DNA of 64,000 bases. Origin: an uncultured candidatus Porisulfidus sp. (lineage in GTDB: Bacteria; Pseudomonadota; Gammaproteobacteria; Poriferisulfidales; Oxydemutatoraceae). Within the stretch, counting starts at the first letter, position 1. Every line of letters starts with the position of its first letter. Position numbers and translations under genes: made by a program. The notes under the pieces were generated by a model. It was not told where the DNA came from. It did no database searches and saw only the letters and a program-made list of their open reading frames with translations. Below, one piece after another: positions 12,058 through 22,191 of the stretch. The stretch spans positions 1,344,001 to 1,408,000 of the forward strand of contig OZ244052.1 in NCBI GenBank assembly GCA_965215125.1. Reading direction: 5' to 3'.

Positions 12058-14239
12058 ACAATTAGAATCTTTATGCATTGGGACGGTAGAGTTTGTATCC
12101 CCAGATGAAATAAAAGTCTCCTTAAACCTAGAAGCTCCCGAATCACTAGCCTTAAATGCAGAAAATCCTATAACTTTTCCTAAAATTAACAACTATTTGC
12201 TTATTCCCAACAATGAGGGATATTTAGTCGGACAAATAGAATGGTTAGCAAGTGAACGAGTACCCTATACAAAACGCAAGGATATACAAAAGGATTCTGG
12301 ATTGGTTGACCTGCCGTATCCTTCAAGAAAAATGAGCCTTAATCCTGTTGGGATACTAAACGAGATAAGAGGCGAGGCAGATAAAGAGAAAAAGGATTTT
12401 GAATTTAAGCGTGGCGTTAATGTATTTCCATCGGTGGGAGATAATGTTTTACTTCCTACGCAAGAGCAACTTCATGCAATTATAGTATCGGGAGAAGATA
12501 AACAAGTAAGTATTGGCATTAGCCCACTTGTAGATGGTGCTGAAGTATGCGTTAATCCAGATCGTTTATTTGGTCGACACCTCGCTGTTTTAGGCAATAC
12601 AGGAAGTGGCAAATCCTGTTCTGTAGCAGGACTTATCCGCTGGTCATTGGAAGCAGTTTCCAAAAAGGAGAAAAAACCGAATGCTCGTTTTATCGTGTTA
12701 GATCCAAACGGAGAATATTCCAAAGCCTTTGGATCCGATAATAGCAATGATTCTGTAGTTAAAGCACGAATATTTCAGGCGGAACCGAATGGCAAAAATA
12801 AAAAATTACAAGTACCTCTTTGGTTTTTGAATAGTTCCGAATGGGCTGCTTTTGCTCAAGCTAGTGAAAAAATGCAAAAGCCTACACTTGTGGATGCACT
12901 TAGTAATGTGAGGAGTGGACGCACGGAGTTCACTAGGAATAAAGGTCATGAGATGAGAAATTTTCTTAGAACAATTGTTACAATTATCCATGCAGCAAAA
13001 AATTCTGGCGATCCCTGGGGGAAGTTTCCTAAACCTAAAGGCTTCCTTGAGAAGATAAAGAAATGGAATGAGGGAGGGTTAGAAGAAGATGGTGTATTTT
13101 CAGAGAATCAAAAGAAAGCAATGCATATGCTAAAAGAATATATTGATGGGCTTGTGGAAGAGCGTCCTATAGAAAAAAGTACTAATTATGATTTTAAAAA
13201 ACATCAAATAGACTGTCTCTTAGAATTAGCCCAGCAGGCTTATTATGCTTTTGGTGGTAAAGACGAAGATCTCTTAGCAATAGGTGCGGATATCCCAAAG
13301 CCATTTTTCAAAGAATCATTTATTAGAAGTGTTGAGGCAAGTGCGGAAATGTTAAAAGCAGTTGAATATGTAGAACCTTTGCTTATGCGTATTCGTGCCA
13401 TGCTAGGCGACCAAAGAATGAAATCAATTATGGATGACTCTGGTAGTAAAATTACACTTGCTCAATGGCTAAAAGATTATATTGGTGGAGATGAAAATGA
13501 AAGTAACATAACAATCATTGATTTGTCATTAATTCCTGCTGATGTAATCCATATTATTACTGCTGTTATTGCGAGGATGGTTTTTGAAGCCTTGCAACGT
13601 TATAGAAAAATTCATACCGAGAAGAAAACTTTACCGGTGGTTATGGTTATGGAAGAAGCCCATACATTCGTGAAACGCTATAAAGACGATATTGAAAATA
13701 GAGGCTCAGCTACTATTTGCTGTCAAATATTTGAAAAAATTGCCCGAGAAGGTCGTAAATTTGGATTAGGGTTAGTTATTTCATCACAACGTCCTTCTGA
13801 GTTGTCTCCTACTGTTCTTTCTCAATGCAATACGTTTTTACTCCATCGTATTAGCAACGACAGAGATCAAGATCTAGTAAAGCGATTCATTCCCGAAAGT
13901 CAAAAAGGAGTACTTAGAGAACTACCCGTACTTCCTTCGCAACAAGCAATTTTAATGGGTTGGGCTTCTGAACTTCCTTTGCTGGTAAAAATGCACTATT
14001 TGCCGGAAGAACAGCAACCACAATCGGATGATCCAGATCTTTGGAAAGTTTGGACTCGAGAAAATGACAGAAAAGTAGACTGGGACGAAATCGCTGATGA
14101 TTGGGTCAAGCCGGAAGAGGAAACCAATTATGAGGCAGAAAGCACCAATCAAACAGAAAATTTTGATGAAAAGAAAATTGATTCTGAGACAGACAGTACT
14201 AATCAAATAAAAAGTCCTGATGATGACATCCCATTTTAA
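12035..14239 (+). CDS. HerA/FtsK-family ATPase (DUF87) of the Sir2-HerA system
   Basis: HLAVLGNTGSGKS (Walker A), EEAH (Walker B), IAREGRKFG...SQRPSEL. Confidence 0.92.
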   Translation: MTTTSIFEQLESLCIGTVEFVSPDEIKVSLNLEAPESLALNAENPITFPKINNYLLIPNNEGYLVGQIEWLASERVPYTKRKDIQKDSGLVDLPYPSRKMSLNPVGILNEIRGEADKEKKDFEFKRGVNVFPSVGDNVLLPTQEQLHAIIVSGEDKQVSIGISPLVDGAEVCVNPDRLFGRHLAVLGNTGSGKSCSVAGLIRWSLEAVSKKEKKPNARFIVLDPNGEYSKAFGSDNSNDSVVKARIFQAEPNGKNKKLQVPLWFLNSSEWAAFAQASEKMQKPTLVDALSNVRSGRTEFTRNKGHEMRNFLRTIVTIIHAAKNSGDPWGKFPKPKGFLEKIKKWNEGGLEEDGVFSENQKKAMHMLKEYIDGLVEERPIEKSTNYDFKKHQIDCLLELAQQAYYAFGGKDEDLLAIGADIPKPFFKESFIRSVEASAEMLKAVEYVEPLLMRIRAMLGDQRMKSIMDDSGSKITLAQWLKDYIGGDENESNITIIDLSLIPADVIHIITAVIARMVFEALQRYRKIHTEKKTLPVVMVMEEAHTFVKRYKDDIENRGSATICCQIFEKIAREGRKFGLGLVISSQRPSELSPTVLSQCNTFLLHRISNDRDQDLVKRFIPESQKGVLRELPVLPSQQAILMGWASELPLLVKMHYLPEEQQPQSDDPDLWKVWTRENDRKVDWDEIADDWVKPEEETNYEAESTNQTENFDEKKIDSETDSTNQIKSPDDDIPF

Positions 14240-14315
14240 GGCAACATAATTGTTCAGCGTTAACAGAATGATTTTTTTACGAAAGCAAACGATTTCAAAC
14301 GCCAAGCGATAAATC

Positions 14316-14376
14316 ATGCTTTCCCTCTACGAATCCGGAACTGATGAACGGTGAGGCACGGGTAAAACAGCCTTAA
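14316..14376 (+). pseudogene. Chimeric scar: first codons of hsdR joined to the last codons of an hsdS
   Basis: 14315-14337 is identical to 17448-17470 (hsdR start); 14335-14376 encodes PELMNGEARVKQP*, compared with the HsdS end PKLMSGKARVVK*. Confidence 0.8.
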
Positions 14377-14516
14377 TGCCGGATAAGAAAACACCTACAA
14401 AATAAGGTGTAAATTTATCTTATCAAAGTGTCGTTTAATCTATAATGTGCTTTTACCTATTGCTTTTAGCACCGAATATAATTTCAATACTCCGGAAGTT
14501 TTTAATATACAGAAAA

Positions 14517-15410
14517 ATGGATGACAAGGGAAAATATCTAGCCAGAATACTCTTTAAGCTAAAAATACACGAAACCGAAGGAAAATCTTTTGAAGATTTA
14601 TTTGCTCACATTATGAACTATTCAGAACCGGATTTTCAAAGGATAAAACCATGGGGCAGTATTGGTGATCGCAAAAATGATGGTTATATTCCTTCACAAG
14701 GAATATATTTTCAGGTCTATGCTCCGGAAGACATACGCAAATCTCTCGGTAATGCAATTAAGAAGCTGGAATCCGATTTTGCCGGTCTTTTAGAAAAGTG
14801 GAAAGAAATCAAAGCATATTATTTTGTTATCAACGATAAATATCATGGAGTGCCGGCACATCTTTTACAAGCCATACAAAAAATTGCCAATGATCATGAG
14901 ATAAAAGCAGAGGTTTGGGGTGTTAATAAACTGGAGGATTTAGTCTTCTCTTCTTTAGATGATGACCAAATATTAAGTATTACCGGTTCATTTCCTAATC
15001 CTGAAGAAATACACTTAGACTATTCTGTTTTAGACGAAGTGATAACACATCTGATGAAAATAGATATTAGCGACATTCAGGATGGTGACATTAAATATCC
15101 GAATTGGGGTGAGAAGATCGAATTTAATGGTTTATCGGAGGCAGTGAAAAGATACTTGGAGCAGGGTTTTTTACATGTTGCCGAACTGGATGAATGTCTT
15201 GACAACAATAGTAATTTTTTTGCGGAACAGGTCAAGGATCGGGTCAGAGAAATTTATATCAATAAAGCCAGAGAGTTTTCGGGAGACAAATTATTTATGA
15301 AAATAATGAATACTATTAGTCATAGGCAGGAACAACTATTCCAATTTGCAGCGATTATAATAATGGCTAAGTATTTTGAAATTTGTGATATTTTTAAGAA
15401 GCCTGAATGA
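14517..15410 (+). CDS. Lamassu/ABC-three-component effector (LmuA-like), restriction-endonuclease-like N-terminus
   Basis: FEDLF...GDRKNDGY...FQVYAP nuclease-like motif; C-terminal KYFEICDIF; start 14517 preferred over 14445. Confidence 0.75.
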   Translation: MDDKGKYLARILFKLKIHETEGKSFEDLFAHIMNYSEPDFQRIKPWGSIGDRKNDGYIPSQGIYFQVYAPEDIRKSLGNAIKKLESDFAGLLEKWKEIKAYYFVINDKYHGVPAHLLQAIQKIANDHEIKAEVWGVNKLEDLVFSSLDDDQILSITGSFPNPEEIHLDYSVLDEVITHLMKIDISDIQDGDIKYPNWGEKIEFNGLSEAVKRYLEQGFLHVAELDECLDNNSNFFAEQVKDRVREIYINKAREFSGDKLFMKIMNTISHRQEQLFQFAAIIIMAKYFEICDIFKKPE

Positions 15411-15649
15411 TATTACCTACAAAAAATATTAATTTTTCCAAGTCCCTATTAGGGTTCGGTTCCTATGTGTTGTCACTGCTTGATAGTTCCCAAAGTATTG
15501 ATGATTTATGGCAACAATATCGCAAGGACTATAAGAAGAAGAGATATCCGGGAAAACATACCTTTGATAATTTGATTATGACATTGATTTTTTTATATGT
15601 TGCAGGTTGTATTCTTGAACAGGACGGGCTTATAAAAAGATGCGTTTAA
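15407..15649 (+). CDS. ABC-three-component middle component (LmuC-like)
   Basis: 80 aa MILPTK...SLLGFG...FDNLIMTLIFLY; overlaps both neighbours. Confidence 0.75.
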   Translation: MILPTKNINFSKSLLGFGSYVLSLLDSSQSIDDLWQQYRKDYKKKRYPGKHTFDNLIMTLIFLYVAGCILEQDGLIKRCV

Positions 15650-17379
15650 TTTCAATATCGGCAAACCAAGATAGCTTCAAAAAAATAGACTTTAATCCAT
15701 CGGGTGCTAGCTTTATTATTGCCGAACAGAAAGACCCCGGCCAGAGCGATAAAAAGAAAACCTACAATGGTGTCGGTAAATCTCTTTTAGTTGCGTTAAT
15801 TGATTTTTGCCTGGGAGCCGGTGCGAGTAGTGGCATCACTAAAACATTAAGTTCGTGTGATGACTTAAAAGATTGGAAGTTTACCTTGAAGATAAGTATA
15901 AAGGGTAAGCCCTACATTATTACAAGATCGGTTGATAATCATAAATCAATTGAGTTGAACGATGAAACTTTGAAACTGACAGAATTTCACCAACGAATGC
16001 AAGAGCTATGTTTTGATATAGAGGAAGGTTTCAAGTTCTTGACTTTTCGTTCTTTGTTACCGTTTTTCCTGAGACCGTCAAAAACTTCATATACAAATTA
16101 TGATAAACCTCAGGCATCTTACACACCGTATCAAAAACTACTTTACAACGCTTTTTTATTAGGCTTGGATGTCTTTTTAGCCGATAAGAAAAAAGTACTA
16201 AAAGACGATTTAACGACACGAAGAAATAGCTTACGAAACACAGAAAAGGATCCCATCATAAGAGGATTTTTCGGTCACAATCAAAATGTGAGTGATGATT
16301 ATCTATTACTTCTTAGGGATATAGAGGAAAAAATTAAAAAATTGGAGGAAGATCTAAAAAATTACAGGGTTGCCAAGGATTATTATCAGCGTCAGGAAGA
16401 AGCGGATCAGTTGAAAAAATTGATTGATGAGAAGCAAAAACAAATCTATCTACATAAAAGTACCATAAAGCGGATCGATCAGAGTTTACGGTTTGAAGTT
16501 GATATAGATCAAAAGGACATTAAAAAGATATACGAGGAATCTAAAAAGGTATTTCAAGTTGAAGTAAAAAAGAGGTTATCGGATTTAGAAAAATTTTATA
16601 CGGATTTGAAGACTAATCGTACAAAAAGATTAGCGGAGCAAAAACGGTCAATTATGAACGAGTTAGAAAAGTTAGAAGAAGAGGCGGCAAAATTACAAGC
16701 ACAATTTGACGAAACCTTAGCATTTCTCGGGTCACATCGCGCATTGGATGTTTTTGTTGAAACAAACAAACAATTAAGTGAGCTAAAACAAAAAAAAGAA
16801 AAGTTGGTTTCTTATCAAGAATTTCAGAAAAAATACAAAAGAGAAATAGAAAAATTAAAACAAAGTTTAAGGGACGAAAACGGCAAAACAACCGAATACT
16901 TGGAAATAAACGAATCTTTTTTAGAATCTATTAATAACGATTTTAGGACTTTGGCAAAGAAATTTTACCCCGATGAACTAGCCGGTATCACGATTGTCAA
17001 TAACGAAGGGGAAAATCAAATTAGATATAACATAGAAGCAAAAATACAATCGGATTCTTCCGATGGAATTAATAGTGTCAAATTGTTTTGTTATGACTTA
17101 TGTGTGCTATTCGGTGCTAACAATCATCATATAGATTTTATTTTTCATGACAGCAGGTTATTCAGCGATATTGATGAAACACATTGTGAGGTGTTGTTTG
17201 ATATTGTTCGCGATAAATTTAAGGATAAGCAATATATAGCGAGTATTAATCAGAAGGACTTAATAACCTTAGCTGAACCGGTTCAGGCTTTTATAAGACA
17301 AAACACGGTTTGTAAACTAAACGATGAATCCGAAGAAGGTAAGTTATTAGGTAGGCGGGTAGAATTGGAATACGACTAG
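15640..17379 (+). CDS. SMC-like ABC ATPase, DUF2326 family (LmuB-like)
   Basis: NGVGKS Walker A, long coiled coil, SSDG signature, FIFHDS Walker B. Confidence 0.85.
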   Translation: MRLISISANQDSFKKIDFNPSGASFIIAEQKDPGQSDKKKTYNGVGKSLLVALIDFCLGAGASSGITKTLSSCDDLKDWKFTLKISIKGKPYIITRSVDNHKSIELNDETLKLTEFHQRMQELCFDIEEGFKFLTFRSLLPFFLRPSKTSYTNYDKPQASYTPYQKLLYNAFLLGLDVFLADKKKVLKDDLTTRRNSLRNTEKDPIIRGFFGHNQNVSDDYLLLLRDIEEKIKKLEEDLKNYRVAKDYYQRQEEADQLKKLIDEKQKQIYLHKSTIKRIDQSLRFEVDIDQKDIKKIYEESKKVFQVEVKKRLSDLEKFYTDLKTNRTKRLAEQKRSIMNELEKLEEEAAKLQAQFDETLAFLGSHRALDVFVETNKQLSELKQKKEKLVSYQEFQKKYKREIEKLKQSLRDENGKTTEYLEINESFLESINNDFRTLAKKFYPDELAGITIVNNEGENQIRYNIEAKIQSDSSDGINSVKLFCYDLCVLFGANNHHIDFIFHDSRLFSDIDETHCEVLFDIVRDKFKDKQYIASINQKDLITLAEPVQAFIRQNTVCKLNDESEEGKLLGRRVELEYD

Positions 17380-17448
17380 TGTCGTAGTTTGTTCTCTATC
17401 GGTATATGTTTGCCCTAAATACAGCCTCAATCTTCACAATCAACCCCC

Positions 17449-20400
17449 ATGCTTTCCCTCTACGAATCCGAAGTTGAAGAGTGGGTGATAGAGCTTCTGC
17501 AGGAGCAGGGGTATAGCTATCTTTCACCGGAGGAGCAGGAGCGGGCGCGTGGTGGTTTTTCGGAGGTTGTTTTCCGAGAGCATCTAAAGGATGCCGTCAC
17601 TCGCCTTAATCCCGATATTCCCGAAGATGAGCAGGAATATGCGCTACGAGAAGTTTTAGGATTATCCAGTCAGAGTATGATTGAAAACAACGAGACTTTT
17701 CATCGGTACTTGATCGAAGGTTTCTCGTTGGAATACCAAAGAGAAGGCGACACGGTCGGTGGTAAGGTGATGTTGGTTGATTTTGAAAACCCGATGAACA
17801 ACGATCTCATCGTTTGCAATCAGTATACCGTCGTAGGGAATAAAAATAAGACAAAGATACGCCCCGATGTGGTTTTATTAATCAACGGTTTACCTTTGGT
17901 TGTGATTGAACTCAAAAACCCTACCGATGAGAAGGCCACGGTTAAAAAAGCATATACTCAGTTACAGAATTATAAAAAGGCTGCGCCGAGTTTGTTTTAC
18001 TACAACGGGGTTTTGGTTGCGTCGGACGGTCTGGATGCTAGAGCGGGTTCGCTCACGGCGGGCATGGATCGTTTTATGGCATGGAAAACCGTTGACGGTG
18101 TCAGGGAGGATAAAAGCACGACACCACAGGTAGAGACGCTTATTAAAGGGATGCTTCGTCCCGATGTGCTGCTTAACCTTATAAAGCAGTTTACGGTTTT
18201 TGAAAAATCGCAAGCCGAAACCAGCAAAAAAATTGCTGCATACCATCAGTATTACGCAGTGTGCAAGGCAGTGGAGTCAACCATTCGGGCAACTGCGACA
18301 GGAGTTTCCGAAGCAGAGAAGGAAGCACCTGAGGACTCCGATTTGCCGATGGTTAACAGTCAACCGGCGGGTGATAGAAAAGTCGGTGTTGTTTGGCACA
18401 CGCAAGGCAGCGGCAAATCGCTTTCTATGGTTTTTTATGCCGGCAAGTTGATGGGAGATGCGCGTATGAAGAATCCGACCTTGCTCGTGCTTACCGATAG
18501 AAATGATCTTGACGACCAGTTGTTCGGGGCATTTGCGGCGAGTCGGCAATTACTAATAGAAGAACCGGTGCAAGCGCAATCTCGCGATCACTTAAAAAAA
18601 CTTTTGCAAACACAAGGCGGTGGCATCGTTTTTACAACGATTCAAAAATTTTCTCCCGAAGAGGATAGAGAGCAATTCGAGTTACTTTCGGGGCGTGAAA
18701 ACATCGTTGTTATTGCCGATGAGGCGCATCGCTCTCAATACGGCTTCAAAGCGATAACCGGCATAAAAGATAATCGGGTATCTATACGCTATGGTTTTGC
18801 TAAGTATCTGCGGGATGCCTTACCGAACGCCTCTTTTATCGGTTTTACCGGCACACCGATTGAGAGAGCGGACATTTCAACACGGGCAATTTTCGGTAAT
18901 TACATTGACATTTATGATATTCAACAATCGGTGGAAGATGGGGCAACTATTCCCATTTACTATGCATCGCGTCTAGCGCATGTGCATCTGAAGCCGGAGG
19001 AAATGCAAAAGCTGGATGATGAGGTTGAACAGATTACCGAAGATCAGGAGTTCACCGCTACGGAGAAAGCGAAGGCAAAATGGGCGCAAATGGAAGCGAT
19101 CGTAGGTAATGAGGAACGGCTGAAAGTAGTTGCACAAGACATCGTTGAGCATTTTGAGGAACGACAAAAAGCACTTGAAGGCAAAGGCATCATTGTTGCA
19201 ATGAGCCGGCGTATTGCCGTTGCGCTATACGACATGATTACTAAGTTTCGTCCGGATTGGCACGATACCGATCTTGAGAAGGGGCAGATAAAGGTCATTA
19301 TGACTTCTAATTCAAGCGACCCGTCAAGTTATCAGCCGCATCGTACAACCAAGAGGCAAAAGAAAGAATTGGGGGATCGGTTTAAGGATCCCACGGATTC
19401 TTTGAAGCTGGTTATCGTGCGAGATATGTGGTTGACCGGTTTTGATGCACCGTCTTTACATACGATGTATATAGACAAACCGATGCGTGGGCATAATCTT
19501 ATGCAGGCGATTGCGCGCGTCAACAGGGTCTATAAAAATAAACCCGGCGGACTTGTGGTGGATTACATCGGAATTGCTCACGACTTAAAGCAGGCACTTG
19601 CGATTTATACGAATAGTGGTGGGCGAGGGCAACCGGCATTGGAACAGGAAACCGCAATTGCAACGATGATAGAAAAATACGAAATCGTTGTGCAGTTGTT
19701 CAATGGTTTTGACTACAAGCGATACTTCGCTGCCGATACTGGAGAAAAACTGACCATCATTTTGGAGGCACAGGAGCATATACTCAATTTGGACGATGGC
19801 AAGAAAAGGTATATAGAACAACTCTCGGTACTAGCCAAAACATTTGCGCTTTCGGTGCCTAGCGACGAGGCAGCGAAAATCAGAGATGAGCTAGGCTTTT
19901 TTGAAGCGGTGAAAGCTAGACTAATAAAACTAGAATCGTCGGATAACGGGAAAAGCGATGCCGAAATAGAAACAGCAATTAAACAAATCGTTGATAAAGC
20001 GATTATGACCGACGAGGTTATCGACATTTTTGATGCAGCGGGAATCAAGAAGCCCGACATTTCTATTCTCTCCGACGAGTTTCTGGAGGAAGTGCGAGGC
20101 ATGCAACATAAAAATCTAGCCATAGAACTTTTGAAAAAAATTCTTAACGATGAAATCAAAGCCAGGATTAAAAAGAATTTTATTCAAGGTAGGAAACTTT
20201 CGGAGATGTTGGATGCTGTGATTAAGCGGTATCGGAATAATTTGTTAACCACGGCACAAGTCATTGAAGAGCTTGTAAGCCTTGCCAAAGAGATAACAGA
20301 TGCCGATAAACGAGGTGAGAGATATGGGCTTTCGCAAGAGGAATTGGCGTTTTATGATGCGCTTGCCGATAATGACAGTGCAAAAAGGGTGCTGGGAGAT

Positions 20401-20619
20401 GACACACTGCGAGATATTGCAAGAATTTTGGTTGAAAAGGTGAAGAAGGGAGCTACTATTGATTGGACTATTAGAGAAAGCGTGCAAGCGGGGCTTCGTG
20501 TTGCCGTGAAAGGCGTGCTGCGTAAATACGGTTATCCGCCCGACAAACAAGAGACTGCAACACAAAATGTTTTGAAGCAAGCAGAGAGTTTTGCCGACGA
20601 ATGGGCTTCCGATCTGTAG
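17449..20619 (+). CDS. hsdR: Type I restriction subunit R
   Basis: PD...IELK nuclease motif, WHTQGSGKS, DEAHRSQY, MWLTGFDAP, QAIARVNR. Confidence 0.97.
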   Translation: MLSLYESEVEEWVIELLQEQGYSYLSPEEQERARGGFSEVVFREHLKDAVTRLNPDIPEDEQEYALREVLGLSSQSMIENNETFHRYLIEGFSLEYQREGDTVGGKVMLVDFENPMNNDLIVCNQYTVVGNKNKTKIRPDVVLLINGLPLVVIELKNPTDEKATVKKAYTQLQNYKKAAPSLFYYNGVLVASDGLDARAGSLTAGMDRFMAWKTVDGVREDKSTTPQVETLIKGMLRPDVLLNLIKQFTVFEKSQAETSKKIAAYHQYYAVCKAVESTIRATATGVSEAEKEAPEDSDLPMVNSQPAGDRKVGVVWHTQGSGKSLSMVFYAGKLMGDARMKNPTLLVLTDRNDLDDQLFGAFAASRQLLIEEPVQAQSRDHLKKLLQTQGGGIVFTTIQKFSPEEDREQFELLSGRENIVVIADEAHRSQYGFKAITGIKDNRVSIRYGFAKYLRDALPNASFIGFTGTPIERADISTRAIFGNYIDIYDIQQSVEDGATIPIYYASRLAHVHLKPEEMQKLDDEVEQITEDQEFTATEKAKAKWAQMEAIVGNEERLKVVAQDIVEHFEERQKALEGKGIIVAMSRRIAVALYDMITKFRPDWHDTDLEKGQIKVIMTSNSSDPSSYQPHRTTKRQKKELGDRFKDPTDSLKLVIVRDMWLTGFDAPSLHTMYIDKPMRGHNLMQAIARVNRVYKNKPGGLVVDYIGIAHDLKQALAIYTNSGGRGQPALEQETAIATMIEKYEIVVQLFNGFDYKRYFAADTGEKLTIILEAQEHILNLDDGKKRYIEQLSVLAKTFALSVPSDEAAKIRDELGFFEAVKARLIKLESSDNGKSDAEIETAIKQIVDKAIMTDEVIDIFDAAGIKKPDISILSDEFLEEVRGMQHKNLAIELLKKILNDEIKARIKKNFIQGRKLSEMLDAVIKRYRNNLLTTAQVIEELVSLAKEITDADKRGERYGLSQEELAFYDALADNDSAKRVLGDDTLRDIARILVEKVKKGATIDWTIRESVQAGLRVAVKGVLRKYGYPPDKQETATQNVLKQAESFADEWASDL

Positions 20620-20660
20620 TCTATTTATCGCGGCTCTCGTTGCATAACTTCAAGAGGAGG

Positions 20661-22187
20661 TTATTCAGAGGTATACAAGATATTGTTATTCTCTAGATAT
20701 TCCAAAAACTCTACAATGGTTTTGGGAGAAATGAGCAGATTATCTGTTTGTTTCAGGAAGTTAATCTGGCGTATAGTGTCCTTAAAAATACTGGGTGCAA
20801 CAAAGTAACACATTGATTTTTCTACTTTCGTGTCAAACTTTTCTAAGTGTCTAGCAATCGGCCACACTTCCGCCATAGTTTGGGTTCTCCCCTCGGACAT
20901 TGTTACCTCAATTAAGACTCCGTTTACATCTTCAAAGCATTCAATGTCCCCGGTGTCCCTGGAGCCTTTTGCGGTTGATGTCGGTATACCTTCATCATCA
21001 ATAGGATAATTTGGTATTACTTGTATATTCGGGAATTTTGATTTCACTGCCAATGCCGTCAAAAACTCAAACCGTATTGGACCTGATAGATATTTCAAAG
21101 TTTCATGTTTCGTTAATTTTCTACTTGATAGTATTAGCATTTCTTTTTTGATTGTCTCCCAAGTATGTATATCAACCCACTTTTTCAAGAATTCATCGCG
21201 CTCGGAAGCTGAAACAGTTTTTGGTTTAGACGAAATTAAGTTTTTATCGATAGTGGAGATATACTCAAAATAACTTTCTTCTGTATCGTATTTTTTATAC
21301 TCGGAATAGTTTTTCAGAATATAATTTATTTTTACTTGCTCGTTTTTGTTGATATCGATAAACCTTCCTCCACCGCGCAAAGAGATAAGGCCGGTTAATC
21401 GCATTTTTCGGATAAACTCGTCGGGATAATCTACTATGATAGATTTATCGTTCCGTCTAATATCTCTGCCTTCCATGATTTCATTCCGACAAATTCTCAT
21501 AATTATTTCCCTGCTCGGAGAATATCGAAAGTCTTGCCGTAATCTTTTAATTCTCCGATATAACGTCTCTGCATCGTTATTTTTCCAATAAATTACCAGT
21601 GGTAATTCTAGTTTTGAAATGCCCGCGCCATTGTATTCATCGTCGGCGTTTAATTTAGTGATTACTCGGAGCAATAAGACCAAAGGTACATTTTCATTCA
21701 ATACCCTCCGAAAAGGACTATTTGCTTGGTATTTCACAAAAGCATTCAAGAAAGCCTGTTGCTCAAATTCAGGATATTTGTTGTCAACAAGTTTTAATCC
21801 TACCTTTGAGAATCTTATTTTCTTTCCGGTTCGGTAAAATACAAATCCTAGTTCTTTAGAAAATTTGAACCAAGTATCAAAACGAGATGGCCAGCCTTTA
21901 CTAAACCCTGCTTCTTTATGATTTTGCGGATTGTCTCGTAGTATCTTTTTAACTTCTTTATCGGACAGAGGGTTATTTTCTCTCATTTTTTGTTTTATAT
22001 TTTGGGGTAATCTAATCGGTTGGTATAAACCAATTCTGATAATTTCCCCGACAATTTCTTCTGCTAATTTGTCGTCAAGAATTTTTCCGTTATAGTCCTT
22101 TAAGACATTGAGAAAGTCTTTCAATCGCTCGGGGCTTCTAATCGTTGTTGTGAACAATAATGGTTTGTATTCGGCTTGTCTCGGCAT
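20661..22187 (-). CDS. AlwI-family type IIS restriction endonuclease
   Basis: FTTTIRSPER start; GDIECF...IEVTM...Q...E-x-x-PIARH catalytic region; follows two adenine MTases. Confidence 0.8.
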   Translation of the reverse strand: MPRQAEYKPLLFTTTIRSPERLKDFLNVLKDYNGKILDDKLAEEIVGEIIRIGLYQPIRLPQNIKQKMRENNPLSDKEVKKILRDNPQNHKEAGFSKGWPSRFDTWFKFSKELGFVFYRTGKKIRFSKVGLKLVDNKYPEFEQQAFLNAFVKYQANSPFRRVLNENVPLVLLLRVITKLNADDEYNGAGISKLELPLVIYWKNNDAETLYRRIKRLRQDFRYSPSREIIMRICRNEIMEGRDIRRNDKSIIVDYPDEFIRKMRLTGLISLRGGGRFIDINKNEQVKINYILKNYSEYKKYDTEESYFEYISTIDKNLISSKPKTVSASERDEFLKKWVDIHTWETIKKEMLILSSRKLTKHETLKYLSGPIRFEFLTALAVKSKFPNIQVIPNYPIDDEGIPTSTAKGSRDTGDIECFEDVNGVLIEVTMSEGRTQTMAEVWPIARHLEKFDTKVEKSMCYFVAPSIFKDTIRQINFLKQTDNLLISPKTIVEFLEYLENNNILYTSE

Positions 22188-22191
22188 AATT

